Positions 10,188-20,924 are shown, numbered from the stretch's first letter. The stretch: 64,000 bases of DNA from Candidatus Heimdallarchaeota archaeon (GCA_021399345.1 JAAFKI010000094.1:1-64000); one strand, 5' to 3'. Notes: generated by a model not told the origin, from the letters alone. Program-made: numbers and translations.

Positions 10188-10886
10188 ATGAGTGTAGATA
10201 AATATATAGAGAAATTTGAAAATACTGGCGATGTTCTTTCTCTTATTTCTGAGCTAAAGAACAAGAATCCCAGAATTATTTCAAAAACAGTCAATGCTCT
10301 TATCAAGATTGGTGAACCAATTATTGATCCATTGATTACTGCACTCAAAGATGAGGATAAAGATATCCGTTTTGTTGCTTCTAAAGCTCTAGCAAAGATT
10401 GGCTCTAATGCTGTTCCACAACTAATTGCTGAATTGGGCAATTCTCAGAGCAAGGTTAGAGTCTGCGCAGTTGAAACTCTTGGAAAAATAGGTAACAAAC
10501 GCGCTATAGAACCTCTGATAAACACACTCAAAGATGAAAAAGAAGACGTAATCGTCAGAGAATATGCTGTTTATGCTCTAGAAAAAATAGGTGAACCTGC
10601 TGCAAAATTTTTGATTACAGCTCTAAGGGAACTTAAAGATCCTGAAGCTATTACTCCTCTAACTGCTGCTCTACATTATAATAAGCAAGAAGTAAGAGAA
10701 GCGGCTAATGAGGTTGTACTAAATTTCGGATTTTCATACCAAGGTTATAGAGATGTTAAGTCAATAATTCAACGTGATGCCGATGGCATTCCCTCAACTC
10801 CTGAGAAAGCTGAAGGGATATTATGGAGTAAGATAGGGAATGAATATAGACGTTATAGACAAAAAAGAATAACTGACTTCTTCTAA
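10188..10886 (+). CDS. HEAT (PBS-lyase-type) repeat protein with C-terminal PIP-box
   Basis: Repeats such as PLITALKDEDKDIRFVASKALAKIG; ends QKRITDFF. Confidence 0.9.
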   Translation: MSVDKYIEKFENTGDVLSLISELKNKNPRIISKTVNALIKIGEPIIDPLITALKDEDKDIRFVASKALAKIGSNAVPQLIAELGNSQSKVRVCAVETLGKIGNKRAIEPLINTLKDEKEDVIVREYAVYALEKIGEPAAKFLITALRELKDPEAITPLTAALHYNKQEVREAANEVVLNFGFSYQGYRDVKSIIQRDADGIPSTPEKAEGILWSKIGNEYRRYRQKRITDFF

Positions 10887-10963
10887 TATAAGCTGTTGAT
10901 GACTTTTTAGAATTTAGAATCTTTGATTTGCAAATTCAATGATTGCAGTGATTGGTGATAAAA

Positions 10964-12118
10964 ATGATTAAAGAATTAGAGAAAAAGGATTACAAGAAAA
11001 TTAGGCATCTATTTGAAGATAGAGATTATGTTAATAGTTTTAGAAGTCATCTTGAAAGAACGCCTATAACAAAAAGAGTTCTAGTTGATGATACCAATGA
11101 CCCACAAACTGCAGTTATTGTTGTACCACCTAGATTATTTGTTGGAGGAAGAGCTGACAACGAAGAATTTAATCAAGGACTTAGAAATTACATTCATGAA
11201 GTACTAATTTCTGAATATAAGAAGAGAAATTTCAGTGAAGTTGATTTCTATTTTAGCAACGATCAGTGGGAATTAAACTTACCGATGATGTTGGAAGATT
11301 CATTCCATTATGACAGATATTATTATGAGATAAAAAAACTTAAGCAGGAAGATTGGAAGAATCTTATTCCTGAAGGCTACTCAGTAGAGCCTGTTGATTT
11401 AACTCTTCTAAGAAAAACTTATCTCAAAAACTTTGATTGGTTGATAGGAGAAATTCTAGAAAACTGGGAACCCTTAGAAGAAGGTTTGAAGGAAAATAGG
11501 GGTTTTTATTTAGTAAAAGAGGATGATGAAATAGTTGCATGGTGTACAACCGAATATCTTACAGAAACAAATGATATTGAAGTAGGTATAGCTACAAAGT
11601 CAGAATATCAAAGAAGGGGTTTTGCATCCATTGTTGGATCAGCTACAGCTGAATATTGTCTTGCAAGATACAAGTCTGTGGGATGGCATTGTACACAAAG
11701 AAATGTTGGGTCATTTAAGACAGCTGAAAAAATCGGTTTTGAAAGAATAATGGAATACAGAAAAGCTTCATATGTGTTTAACAAAGTAGATCTTTGGGTT
11801 ATCAAAGCTTATTTTGCTAGAATGGATGAAAATTATCCTGAAGCAATTGATTTTTACAATCAAATCATTGAAGCTTCTCACGATTAGACAGTTGATTTTA
11901 AAGAGTCTTATTATATTAATAGTGATTTTCCCATTAAACGTGTATATTTTAGGATAAGTAGCTGTTATGCAGCTATTGAAAACAAAGAAAAATCTACAGA
12001 ATTTCTAGAAAAGGCTATATCTAATGGATATAAAGATAAAGAACAGTTTCTAGATAGTGAATTTTTAACCAAAATATTAGAAGAAAATGAAAAGGTAAAA
12101 TATTTAGAATCTATGTAG
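10964..12118 (+). CDS. GNAT acetyltransferase with C-terminal TPR, interrupted by an in-frame TAG at 11885-11887
   Basis: IATKSEYQRRGFA and SFKTAEKIGF; after the TAG the frame continues 76 aa (YFRISSCYAAIENKEKSTEFLEKAISNGYKD). GGTGA SD precedes ATG 10964. Confidence 0.8.
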
Positions 12119-12142
12119 AGGGTTCTTTCAAAACTTATTTTT

Positions 12143-13240
12143 TCAATCTAGCGTTTTTTCCTTCTTTCTGCTTAATAAATCAACAAAAGCTTCCAATCTT
12201 GTTTGAAATCCTGTTTCCCCTGTATGTTCATCAACAACCAACGATAAGAAAGGCATATCATACTCCCTGCTAACTTGAGGAGCTATACTTCGAGTAATTA
12301 TTTCAGGCATACAAGTAAAGGGGTATAGGTGAACCAATCCATCCCATTTTTTCTTCTTGTAGAGAATTATATCTCCTATATTTTCTTGAGCTTCTCCTCC
12401 ACATCTTTGTCCAATATATGGTTTAGCTACTCTTCGAGCTTTTTGATAAGGCAAGGTTATAAATGGATTGATTTTTCGTTCAAAATCTATAAGCATTCCA
12501 AAAGAAACACAGTTTTTAGTAATTACTCCTAATTCATTTAGTTTTCTATGAACATCTAGATTTAAAGTAGGTTCTAGAGCTACATATATCTCTCCACATA
12601 CACCAATCTTTAAGGCAGCTTTCTTTTTTTCCTGATCGATTTCAATAGTTTTATCGAATAACTCGGGAAGTTTTCTACCATATTTCCTTAAATTTCTTAA
12701 TCCTTGTATTTCAACAATCTTTCTGTGAGCTTCTTCTGCGAGCTTATCTGCTTGATTCTTTTCCATTTCTAAGGTCCTATATTTGAAATGTAGCTTGTCG
12801 ACCAACTCAATGAATCTAGTCTTGATCCAGGTGGTTCTAAAAGCTTTAATTGTTTCCCAAACGGTACAATTGTTGCTTGCAGCTTGTAATGTTTTAACAA
12901 GCCCAAGTGGTTTATCATAAATTGGAATAGGAACAAATTTGAAATCATAACCTAGGTCTTCTAAAATGAGTCTCTGAACAGGCCAATAAAGACCAAAACG
13001 ACAATACATATTCCCCCCTCCAATTCCGAGTTCATCAGCGCCTAAATCTAGCATCTCTATATAAGTTCCAAGAGTTAACTTGAAGGGTGTACAAACGAAT
13101 TCTGGTGAATATCGTGATCCGAGTTCAGAAGTCTTCCTACTTGGTTTTTTTGGAACCATAATGTCTGTTCTTCCAAGTTCTCTAAGAAGTATTTCGAAAA
13201 CATATGTTAAAGATCCAAAGTGGGGATAAGTAAAAGGCAA
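12143..13240 (-). CDS. 2-hydroxyacyl-CoA dehydratase / CoA-activase-associated protein
   Basis: TYPHFG, SPEFVCTPFK, CRFGLY, PFTCMPE, DEHTGETGFQTRLEAF; TTG start preceded by AGGAGG. Confidence 0.85.
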   Translation of the reverse strand: MPFTYPHFGSLTYVFEILLRELGRTDIMVPKKPSRKTSELGSRYSPEFVCTPFKLTLGTYIEMLDLGADELGIGGGNMYCRFGLYWPVQRLILEDLGYDFKFVPIPIYDKPLGLVKTLQAASNNCTVWETIKAFRTTWIKTRFIELVDKLHFKYRTLEMEKNQADKLAEEAHRKIVEIQGLRNLRKYGRKLPELFDKTIEIDQEKKKAALKIGVCGEIYVALEPTLNLDVHRKLNELGVITKNCVSFGMLIDFERKINPFITLPYQKARRVAKPYIGQRCGGEAQENIGDIILYKKKKWDGLVHLYPFTCMPEIITRSIAPQVSREYDMPFLSLVVDEHTGETGFQTRLEAFVDLLSRKKEKTLD

Positions 13241-13241
13241 T

Positions 13242-14228
13242 TTAATTCCTCCTATCGATCATATCAAGAAATGCTTCTATTCGTGTACTAAATCCTACTT
13301 CAGATGATAGTTCATCTATAACTAATTGTAATAATGGAGTCTCAGGTTGTCTTCTTGAGTATCTCGAAGCTAGTTCTAAAACAATTGAATCTGGACCACA
13401 ACTAAACACAGCTAGTTGCAATATTCCATCTATTGTATTGTTTTCTAGAAAATACATTATTGTTCCAAGAATCTCTCTTTCATAACTAAAATACAAATTA
13501 TAATCAAGTTTTTCCATTTGATTTTCAATTGTAATTCTAGGCATCTGTAGAGAAGTGATAATATCTACACCCCTTTGTGATAAACTTTCTCTGATATCTA
13601 AATTAGACAAACTATCATTTAAAACATAGGGATGACCTACTAAAGCAATTTTCATTGGTTTTTTTCTCTTTTCCAGATTTGGTTTTTCATTGAGAATAAT
13701 TTTAGACTTTATCCAATTTTCTAACTGTTGCTCAGAAATATGCAATTGTTCTTCATACACTCTTTGAGCCTTAATAGCTCTTATTCCAGCTTTAAGAATT
13801 TTTAGAGGACTGTAAGTAAATTTGAATCCAACTTGGAAGATAATTCTAAGAAGTCTTCTCTTTCCGTGGTTTGCTTTGGCTTGTGAATAATAGGGCATAA
13901 TAATCTCAGGAAAATCAGGGAAAAGAGATTCTAAGACCTGGGCAAGACCAATGAATTTAGGACAACCAACATTAACTTCATGATCACTACCAAATCTTGG
14001 TATGAAGAAATAATCTACTTTATCTTTAAGATAGATGAAATGTCCAAAATATAATTTTGTGGAATAACAATCTTCATCAGGAGCATATCTAACTGCTAAA
14101 TCTTTGATAGTTTTAGTTGTTTCAGGAGAAACAATGACCTCTGCTCCAAGTTCCTCAAAAAACGTTTTCCACATCGCTTCAAATTTGTAATAAAGCAATG
14201 CTCTTGGAATTCCAACTCTCTTCTTCAT
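13242..14228 (-). CDS. acyl-CoA dehydratase activase-related protein (DUF2229-like)
   Basis: VGIPRALLYY, GCPKFIGL, VGHPY, FSCGPDS, TRIEAFLDM. Confidence 0.85.
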   Translation of the reverse strand: MKKRVGIPRALLYYKFEAMWKTFFEELGAEVIVSPETTKTIKDLAVRYAPDEDCYSTKLYFGHFIYLKDKVDYFFIPRFGSDHEVNVGCPKFIGLAQVLESLFPDFPEIIMPYYSQAKANHGKRRLLRIIFQVGFKFTYSPLKILKAGIRAIKAQRVYEEQLHISEQQLENWIKSKIILNEKPNLEKRKKPMKIALVGHPYVLNDSLSNLDIRESLSQRGVDIITSLQMPRITIENQMEKLDYNLYFSYEREILGTIMYFLENNTIDGILQLAVFSCGPDSIVLELASRYSRRQPETPLLQLVIDELSSEVGFSTRIEAFLDMIDRRN

Positions 14229-14554
14229 TTTTTTCCTATACCCGTTAGATATTTATTTTAGTTGATTTTATAGAGAATATACTCTGCTAATTTTGATTCA
14301 TGTAACTACTAATAATCATCTCTTAAAAATATAAACTTTTTTGCTAAATACAAAAAATTCATGATTTGTATATCTTTCAAATCTTTCAAATAGTATTCAC
14401 CAAGGCTATACACTAATTCTAAACAATCTATTTTCTTCTCATTCCCAAACAAAATGTATTTCCAGTGATATATAAATTTGTTCTACAAAGTTTTATAAAT
14501 AACTTCGAAGTAATTATTGAGTGAGATATTTTATCTCTAAAATGGTGATAAAAA

Positions 14555-14737
14555 ATGGTTAAATTATTAGATTTCTTATTAGCCTTCTTTCTAGGAGAAT
14601 TCGGTATTTATCGGTTCTATAAAGGATACATGTTAACAGGTCTTATATGGCTATGTACTGGTGGACTTCTTGGAATAGGATGGCTAGTTGATTGGGTGTG
14701 GGTTCTTCTTGGTAAGAAACTCGAATATCCTAAATAA
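14555..14737 (+). CDS. TM2-domain small membrane protein
   Basis: FFLGEFGIYRFYKG..TGLIWLCTGGLLGIGWLVD; GGTGA SD. Confidence 0.9.
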   Translation: MVKLLDFLLAFFLGEFGIYRFYKGYMLTGLIWLCTGGLLGIGWLVDWVWVLLGKKLEYPK

Positions 14738-14756
14738 ATGAGCATTTTTACAACTC

Positions 14757-14769
14757 TTTTTTTTTTTTT
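14757..14769 (+). terminator. oligo-T terminator
   Basis: Run of 13 T 20 nt after the TM2 gene. Confidence 0.6.
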
Positions 14770-14789
14770 CAAATTAATCTAATTACTGT

Positions 14790-14887
14790 TTAATTCTTAG
14801 CTTTAAAACCATCCAAAACAGCTTTTGCAATTTGAATATCTAGGTTTCTATGTCAGTTAAATCCACTTCTGCTAGTTCTTTATCAGA
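14790..14887 (-). pseudogene. frameshifted remnant of the 3' end of an ornithine cyclodeaminase gene
   Basis: Reads SDKELAEVDLT..(1-nt deletion)..DIQIAKAVLDGFKAKN*, versus SDEEITVVDLTGVAVQDIQIAKAIWNGYSNEN* at the end of 21569..22528. Confidence 0.85.
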
Positions 14888-14932
14888 ATGGAAAATGAGA
14901 GTTTGATGCTTTCTTCTGATTTTTAGAACTTC

Positions 14933-16705
14933 TTATTCTATTTCCACATTGAAGTATTCTTCAACAATTTCCTTTAGATTATCTTTACTTACTCTAAAGT
15001 CGTCTACTATACTTCCATCTTCAAGCTTTATAACTCTGAAACCAATTCTAACTAAAGAGAGATCGTGAGTACTCATAAGAATAGTTGTGTTTTGAAATTG
15101 GTTAATTTCCATCAACAACGAAACAATATTTCGAGCTATCCTACTGTCAACATTAGCTGTTGGTTCATCAGTAAATAATAGAGGATTTCTTCTTGATAAT
15201 GCTACTGCTAGAGCTGCCCTTTGAGTTTCTCCCCCTGAAAGCTCAACAGGATAGTGATTGACTTTATGTTTGATCTCGCAATCTTCCATGAGATACAAAT
15301 CTGTTTCTTCTAGTCTGTTCTTTTTCTTACTAAATATCTTTGGAATAATAATATTATCTGCAACAGAGTACTGACTATATAAATTGTTCATCTGAGATAT
15401 CATTGAAATATTATTAAATCTAAAATCTGAAACATTAGATCTCTTCATTTCTGAAACATCCGCACCATCAATGATTATAGATCCAGAATCATGCGTTTCA
15501 ACACCTGAGATAACATTCAGCAAAGTAGTCTTTCCAACACCGCTTTTACCAGCAATAATAACAAAATCACCTCTTCTAATGCTGAAAGATATTTTGTGTA
15601 AGACGTGTTGGACCTTATTATCAAATGAGAAAGCTTTAGATAATCTCTTAACTTCAATGATGTTAGGAAGAGTCTTCTTTGGAGGTAGGAATTCTTTTTC
15701 GAATAGAAAGCTTACTTGATCGAAAGTAATTTTTCTACCTTTCTCTTCTATTGGTTCTGAAATTGTTTCATCATCTTCATCATCATAGAAACTGTCAGAT
15801 CTTCGGAGAACTTTATGAACTTCATCTTTTGAAATAGCTTGTGGGTTGTACATAACTGCAAATCTCTTCGATGGATGCATGCTGAATTCAGCTAAGGAGC
15901 TAATTCCTGTATCAGTGATAATTGACATTGGAATTCTAAGAAAATGAAATCTATCAAGTGTTGATTGAAGAGTTGAATCAATTGGTTTCAGAAGAAAGTC
16001 CAGCTCTGCTCGTTCTATATCTTGATTAATACCTACAAGTCTACCATCACGAAGTATATAGCTTTTGCGAAAAGCATTTCGAAAACGAAGATCATGAGTT
16101 ACAACGAGAATTGTTGTCCCTAGATCTTTGTTTAATTCTTTGAATGTTTCAATCACAAGATTTGTATTATCTGTATCAAGTTGTCCTGTTGGTTCATCCG
16201 CCAGAATTATTTCTGGTTTTTGAGCTAATAGCGCACCAATACTTGTTCTAATTGCTTCTCCTCCTGAGATTTTTGTAACTTTTTTGTCACCTTGTTCCAA
16301 GATATTTAAATTCTTCATTATTTCTTTTGTTTCTTGTTTAGCTTTTTCTAACCCCCTTTTTCTCATCCTCATAGGTAGAAGAATGTGTTGTTTGACTGTC
16401 AGGTGAGGGATCAAATTACTATTCAAATACTGATTAAGTATGCCTATTTTCCCAAATCTAAGGTTTTGCATCTCCCTTTCACTTAAATCATTCAGATTTT
16501 TTCCATGTAGTAAAACTGTTCCACTTGTGGGAACTTCTAAACCTGAGAGTATTTTGATGAGTGTCGATTTTCCAGCTCCTGATGGTCCAACGATTGAAGC
16601 AATTTCTCCTTTTTTTACCTCTATATCTATTCCTCTGAGTGCAATTACACTTACTTCTGTAATTGGATCTGAGTAGATTTTCGCAAGATCATTACATATT
16701 ATCAT
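14933..16705 (-). CDS. ABC transporter ATP-binding protein with two LolD/MacB-type ATPase domains
   Basis: GPSGAGKST/ISGGE/LADEPT and GKSGVGKTT/LSGGE/FTDEPT; start MIICNDL at 16705. Confidence 0.92.
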   Translation of the reverse strand: MIICNDLAKIYSDPITEVSVIALRGIDIEVKKGEIASIVGPSGAGKSTLIKILSGLEVPTSGTVLLHGKNLNDLSEREMQNLRFGKIGILNQYLNSNLIPHLTVKQHILLPMRMRKRGLEKAKQETKEIMKNLNILEQGDKKVTKISGGEAIRTSIGALLAQKPEIILADEPTGQLDTDNTNLVIETFKELNKDLGTTILVVTHDLRFRNAFRKSYILRDGRLVGINQDIERAELDFLLKPIDSTLQSTLDRFHFLRIPMSIITDTGISSLAEFSMHPSKRFAVMYNPQAISKDEVHKVLRRSDSFYDDEDDETISEPIEEKGRKITFDQVSFLFEKEFLPPKKTLPNIIEVKRLSKAFSFDNKVQHVLHKISFSIRRGDFVIIAGKSGVGKTTLLNVISGVETHDSGSIIIDGADVSEMKRSNVSDFRFNNISMISQMNNLYSQYSVADNIIIPKIFSKKKNRLEETDLYLMEDCEIKHKVNHYPVELSGGETQRAALAVALSRRNPLLFTDEPTANVDSRIARNIVSLLMEINQFQNTTILMSTHDLSLVRIGFRVIKLEDGSIVDDFRVSKDNLKEIVEEYFNVEIE

Positions 16706-16709
16706 TTTA

Positions 16710-19700
16710 TCACTCCATTTGTGTTGGTGCATATCTTCTGAATTCTCTTCTTAGATTCCAGTTTAAGCTCAAATACAATGTAAACGGTATTAGCAAAAAG
16801 AAAATAATGAGAGCCGTTCCTGGATAAATAATTGTATATGTTGAATATGGTTCTGCCGCATATGATAATAATGAGAATAATCTATTCAACACTGAGAAAC
16901 CTATAATGGCTCCAATACCTAATCCTGGAATTAGGGCTGCTAAACTACATTCAGCTAAAGTTAGATTGACAATCGTGTTTGTTTTTATACCAATTTTCTT
17001 CATCAATTCATGCTTAATTACTCTTTTCTCTATTACTTTTGTAGCTGTTGTATAGCTTGAAAAAATAAAAATCACACACGCTACTCCCAAAGATAGAAAG
17101 ATTTCGATAATAAAGATGTTATAGAGAGGAGTTGCTAGAGTTTCTCTAACATCAATGTAAGAAACCACTCTATTCTGACTCATTGTAAATAACAATTCCT
17201 TCATCTCGTCCACATCTTTTATGTCCTCTAAACGAACTAGTAATACATCAGCTGTTAGCACCAAGCCTAAAATAAATGATTCAACTATATCAAAACATTC
17301 ACTAGATAACACAATAAGTGTATTATTTATTGCTCTATCTTTCTCATTGTGAAAAACTGGAAATAATTCAAAAGAGCTAATTATCGAAACATTGTATGAA
17401 ACCACAATCCAATCAACTATTCTTGTTAGTAAGAGTTCTTCTCCAGGATAGATTTTAAATTTTTCAACAAAAGTATTCGAAAGAATGATCGAATTATTAT
17501 CCAATTTTGGTAAATCGGTCCAATTAAATCCTACAACATCCTGAGTTGGTTGATATGCCGTACTCAAAAAATCTGACGTATTGATAACTAATATTTGTAC
17601 ATTGGATAGAGCTCCAAAAATAACTGAATAAAGTCTTAAATGTGTGGAATTTTTCACTTTTACTAAGCTATTAATTTCTTCTTGACTTACATTTTCTGCT
17701 TCATACCAATTTGAAATCATTAGATCTGAACCGTTTTGAAATAGTGCTTGTTGAGTTAGTATTTCTTCCTTTGTGGATGGTATCACAACAGATGGGATGA
17801 TAATTAGTATAACAAGTAAGAAGATCACAGTAATATTTTCAAAGTATCTGATGTCCTTGCTTATTTCTGCAAAAATGTAACTGAATTTGTTTTTTCTACT
17901 TTTCCAGAAGACATAACCTAGCAATCTCCATGCAATTGAAAGAACTTTTATAAAAATAGGCAGACCTCCCACTATCAGAAATAATGCACCTAGCATTGTT
18001 AGAATGAGATATGGAATATAATTTGAAACATTTTGTGTAAAAAACGCAATATATGTTCTATTGTAGAATATTTGAAAAAGCATTATTCCTAGAATAAGAA
18101 ATGATAAATCTCTCCAAGGTAGTTTTTTGAAAAGATTTGATCCTTTTTTTGGATCCTTTTCATGTTTTCGTTTTGCAGATGCAATTGATATAATCTTAGG
18201 AATTGAAATAGTGATCAATACAGCAAAAACTATCAACATTTTTACAATTATGTTACTTAACATTAATTCCGTTTCTTGATTTGTAAATCTTAAGAAACCA
18301 TCTATTTTAATAAGAGGAATTGCGGTTAGAACTGCAATTCCAAAGCTTACTAATGTTGCAGATATTGCTTCGACAATTCTTACAGAAAGATACAATTTAG
18401 CGATTTTTCCTCTTCTAATTCCCTTTTTCCTTAGAATGTCAACTTCTTGTTCGTAACTAGTTGAGAATAAATCTGAAGATTCAACTATCATGAAAATTGA
18501 GAGTAATAATGCAGGAAATGCAAAAATCAAAATTCTAGCCATGTTTTGCAAATAATAGTTGTTGAAAGATCCAAACAACCACAGCATCTCATTTGAGATA
18601 GTAATAGAAGAATAACTATCGAATGTAAAAGTAAATGTCTTGTTTACAATTGTCCTTTGTTCATCTAGTAGAATGATTCTGTCTTTCATTCTAAAATCAG
18701 CAAAGTCAAATTCAATATGAAAATATCCCCGAATCAGCAAATCAAATTTCTGACTAGAAGAAAATATTTGAAACAGATTGTCATTTATGGTAAGCAGAGC
18801 AGACATTCTTATTTTTCTGAAAAGATCATAAGGTTGTTCCTGATAGTCAGTAATTATTTTAAGTTCAGAAGATTTAGGTGGATCATAAAATCCTACAGCG
18901 GAAACTTCTACAGTGAAATTATCTGGAATTTCTTCATAAAGAAAAACTGATGATATTGTTAAATTGAAACTATCGTTGAGATTTAAGCTTAACCGATTTT
19001 TAATGGCGGTTGAAACAACAACTTCATTTGGATGTATAGGAGCTCTCCCTTCCTTTAGAAGCATAGTAATAACGTCAGATGTATCATTTGGAAATGAAGC
19101 AATTAAATATTGAGTAGGTATTATCCCCGCAGCAATCTGTACAAAATATGAAGATTTAATAGATTCTGTGTATTTACCTAGCTCAAAATCTGAATAAATT
19201 TCTGCTATTTCTTCCTCTGCAAGTTCATGATAATAAGGCGTAAATCCTGAAGGAGTATCTTCTAGATGCTCTATTGTGGAAGTAAACTCTGCTGTAACCA
19301 TTCGGTTATCTGATAAATCTTGAGATTGATAAAATGCATTAATCATTGCAGGTTGTTGTGATTCAGAAATTATAAGTATAGAATTTAACAGAAAACCTGT
19401 AATCAACAAGCTAAATATCGTAAGAATAGTTCTTTTTCTGTTGGTAAACCCAATAATTTTAAAAGTTTCAAAGATATTCCTAAAGTATCTCAAAAGATTT
19501 TTCCTTATTATAGTTTTTAATGGATGCTTTCCTACTTCTTCTGTGTCTATTAAGAACTTCTTAACTTTGGGAATTTTTCTTATTATGTAGTAGATAATGG
19601 ACGATGTGATACCCACTAAAGCTACAATTAATAGAATGAAAAGTGTAGAATTTTGTGAGTACCAGTTTTGAAAAATATTAAAGATCTCGACATTGTCGAA

Positions 19701-20924
19701 GATTGGGTCTACTTTGACACTTACTGAAGAGATACTCATTAAGACCATTAGATTCTCTTGCCGATAATCAAATCCTTTTGGTCTTTCCACTAAACTTGAA
19801 GGAATTATCGAAACATATTGAAAAACAATATGCTCATTATTTATATTGAATCCATATTTATTTTCCAAAACCTGAAATTGTGTAGGAACTGAAGTAAATT
19901 CCCATTTCAAAGTAATACCGTTATAATTTCCTTCATAGAGATAGACGAAACCGCTAATAGGAAGTCTTGTAATTAGACAAAGTTTGTATGTGTTTTCGTT
20001 CTTTCTAAGAAGAAAATTATCGAAGAGATAGTTTGTTTTCAGCTCTTGAGTGCTATAACTAATAGATGTTCCATTAAATGAACCATAAAACATAGTGTTG
20101 GAATGAAAGAATAATATACTGAAAATATCTTTGTTTTCTACAAATGCTTCAATTTTAGCAACTTGAAGAAAAATACCCTCAAATGAGAAATTTGTAACAA
20201 AAGTTAAACCTTGGTTTTGTAATAATCCAATTCCAAGATTTCTGAAAATGCCAAAGTGATTGGGTGCAGCCCACTCTTGAAAAAGGTACCATATACTGTC
20301 ATCCTTGTCAAGAATTATATCAATAATCTCTCTTTGTAAAGGATCTGCAACAAAAAATTCTTCCCTAGTAAAATTAGTAAGTCCAGAATAGTGAGTTACA
20401 TTAAAGTGCATTAATTCAAAACCATATCTGTGAGTATTAAAGAAATGAAATGTACCATTAGCAAAAAATGACTGTGTATAATCTATAGTTAATAGTTCCA
20501 TATCATCAAAAGAAGAGATTATTGTTGTAGATTCTGATTCATTTGACCATCTAAAAAGCTTGTAATGTTTTAAACTTGAGATAGTATATTCACTATAAAA
20601 AAGATACAAACTACCATTAAACAAGAAGCTTTCAATAAACTCAATCTCTATAAAATTAATTGCAAATGTAGATTGGAGTGTAGCATTATCCTTTACATAG
20701 TGATGAATAATTTTATTTTTGTCAGTACGAAGATGAATAAATGAATGCAGAATGTTCTCATCATCTATTATTGGATAGCTTCTTAGTATGCCACTATCAT
20801 CAGTTACTTCAGTATAGATCAGAGGAAACTCTGAAATCTGAGCTCTTACAGGGAGTACAGAGACAACACAGAGAAATATAAAAGATATTAATAACATTCT
20901 CTTCTTGAGTTTCAATCTAATCAC
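16710..20924 (-). CDS. giant FtsX/MacB-type ABC permease with N-terminal extracellular domain
   Basis: Signal peptide, ~400 aa beta-rich region, then two MacB-like units (EGRAPIHPNEVVVS, EVDILRKKGI, ELMKKIGI); adjacent to the ATPase. Confidence 0.8.
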   Translation of the reverse strand: MIRLKLKKRMLLISFIFLCVVSVLPVRAQISEFPLIYTEVTDDSGILRSYPIIDDENILHSFIHLRTDKNKIIHHYVKDNATLQSTFAINFIEIEFIESFLFNGSLYLFYSEYTISSLKHYKLFRWSNESESTTIISSFDDMELLTIDYTQSFFANGTFHFFNTHRYGFELMHFNVTHYSGLTNFTREEFFVADPLQREIIDIILDKDDSIWYLFQEWAAPNHFGIFRNLGIGLLQNQGLTFVTNFSFEGIFLQVAKIEAFVENKDIFSILFFHSNTMFYGSFNGTSISYSTQELKTNYLFDNFLLRKNENTYKLCLITRLPISGFVYLYEGNYNGITLKWEFTSVPTQFQVLENKYGFNINNEHIVFQYVSIIPSSLVERPKGFDYRQENLMVLMSISSVSVKVDPIFDNVEIFNIFQNWYSQNSTLFILLIVALVGITSSIIYYIIRKIPKVKKFLIDTEEVGKHPLKTIIRKNLLRYFRNIFETFKIIGFTNRKRTILTIFSLLITGFLLNSILIISESQQPAMINAFYQSQDLSDNRMVTAEFTSTIEHLEDTPSGFTPYYHELAEEEIAEIYSDFELGKYTESIKSSYFVQIAAGIIPTQYLIASFPNDTSDVITMLLKEGRAPIHPNEVVVSTAIKNRLSLNLNDSFNLTISSVFLYEEIPDNFTVEVSAVGFYDPPKSSELKIITDYQEQPYDLFRKIRMSALLTINDNLFQIFSSSQKFDLLIRGYFHIEFDFADFRMKDRIILLDEQRTIVNKTFTFTFDSYSSITISNEMLWLFGSFNNYYLQNMARILIFAFPALLLSIFMIVESSDLFSTSYEQEVDILRKKGIRRGKIAKLYLSVRIVEAISATLVSFGIAVLTAIPLIKIDGFLRFTNQETELMLSNIIVKMLIVFAVLITISIPKIISIASAKRKHEKDPKKGSNLFKKLPWRDLSFLILGIMLFQIFYNRTYIAFFTQNVSNYIPYLILTMLGALFLIVGGLPIFIKVLSIAWRLLGYVFWKSRKNKFSYIFAEISKDIRYFENITVIFLLVILIIIPSVVIPSTKEEILTQQALFQNGSDLMISNWYEAENVSQEEINSLVKVKNSTHLRLYSVIFGALSNVQILVINTSDFLSTAYQPTQDVVGFNWTDLPKLDNNSIILSNTFVEKFKIYPGEELLLTRIVDWIVVSYNVSIISSFELFPVFHNEKDRAINNTLIVLSSECFDIVESFILGLVLTADVLLVRLEDIKDVDEMKELLFTMSQNRVVSYIDVRETLATPLYNIFIIEIFLSLGVACVIFIFSSYTTATKVIEKRVIKHELMKKIGIKTNTIVNLTLAECSLAALIPGLGIGAIIGFSVLNRLFSLLSYAAEPYSTYTIIYPGTALIIFFLLIPFTLYLSLNWNLRREFRRYAPTQME

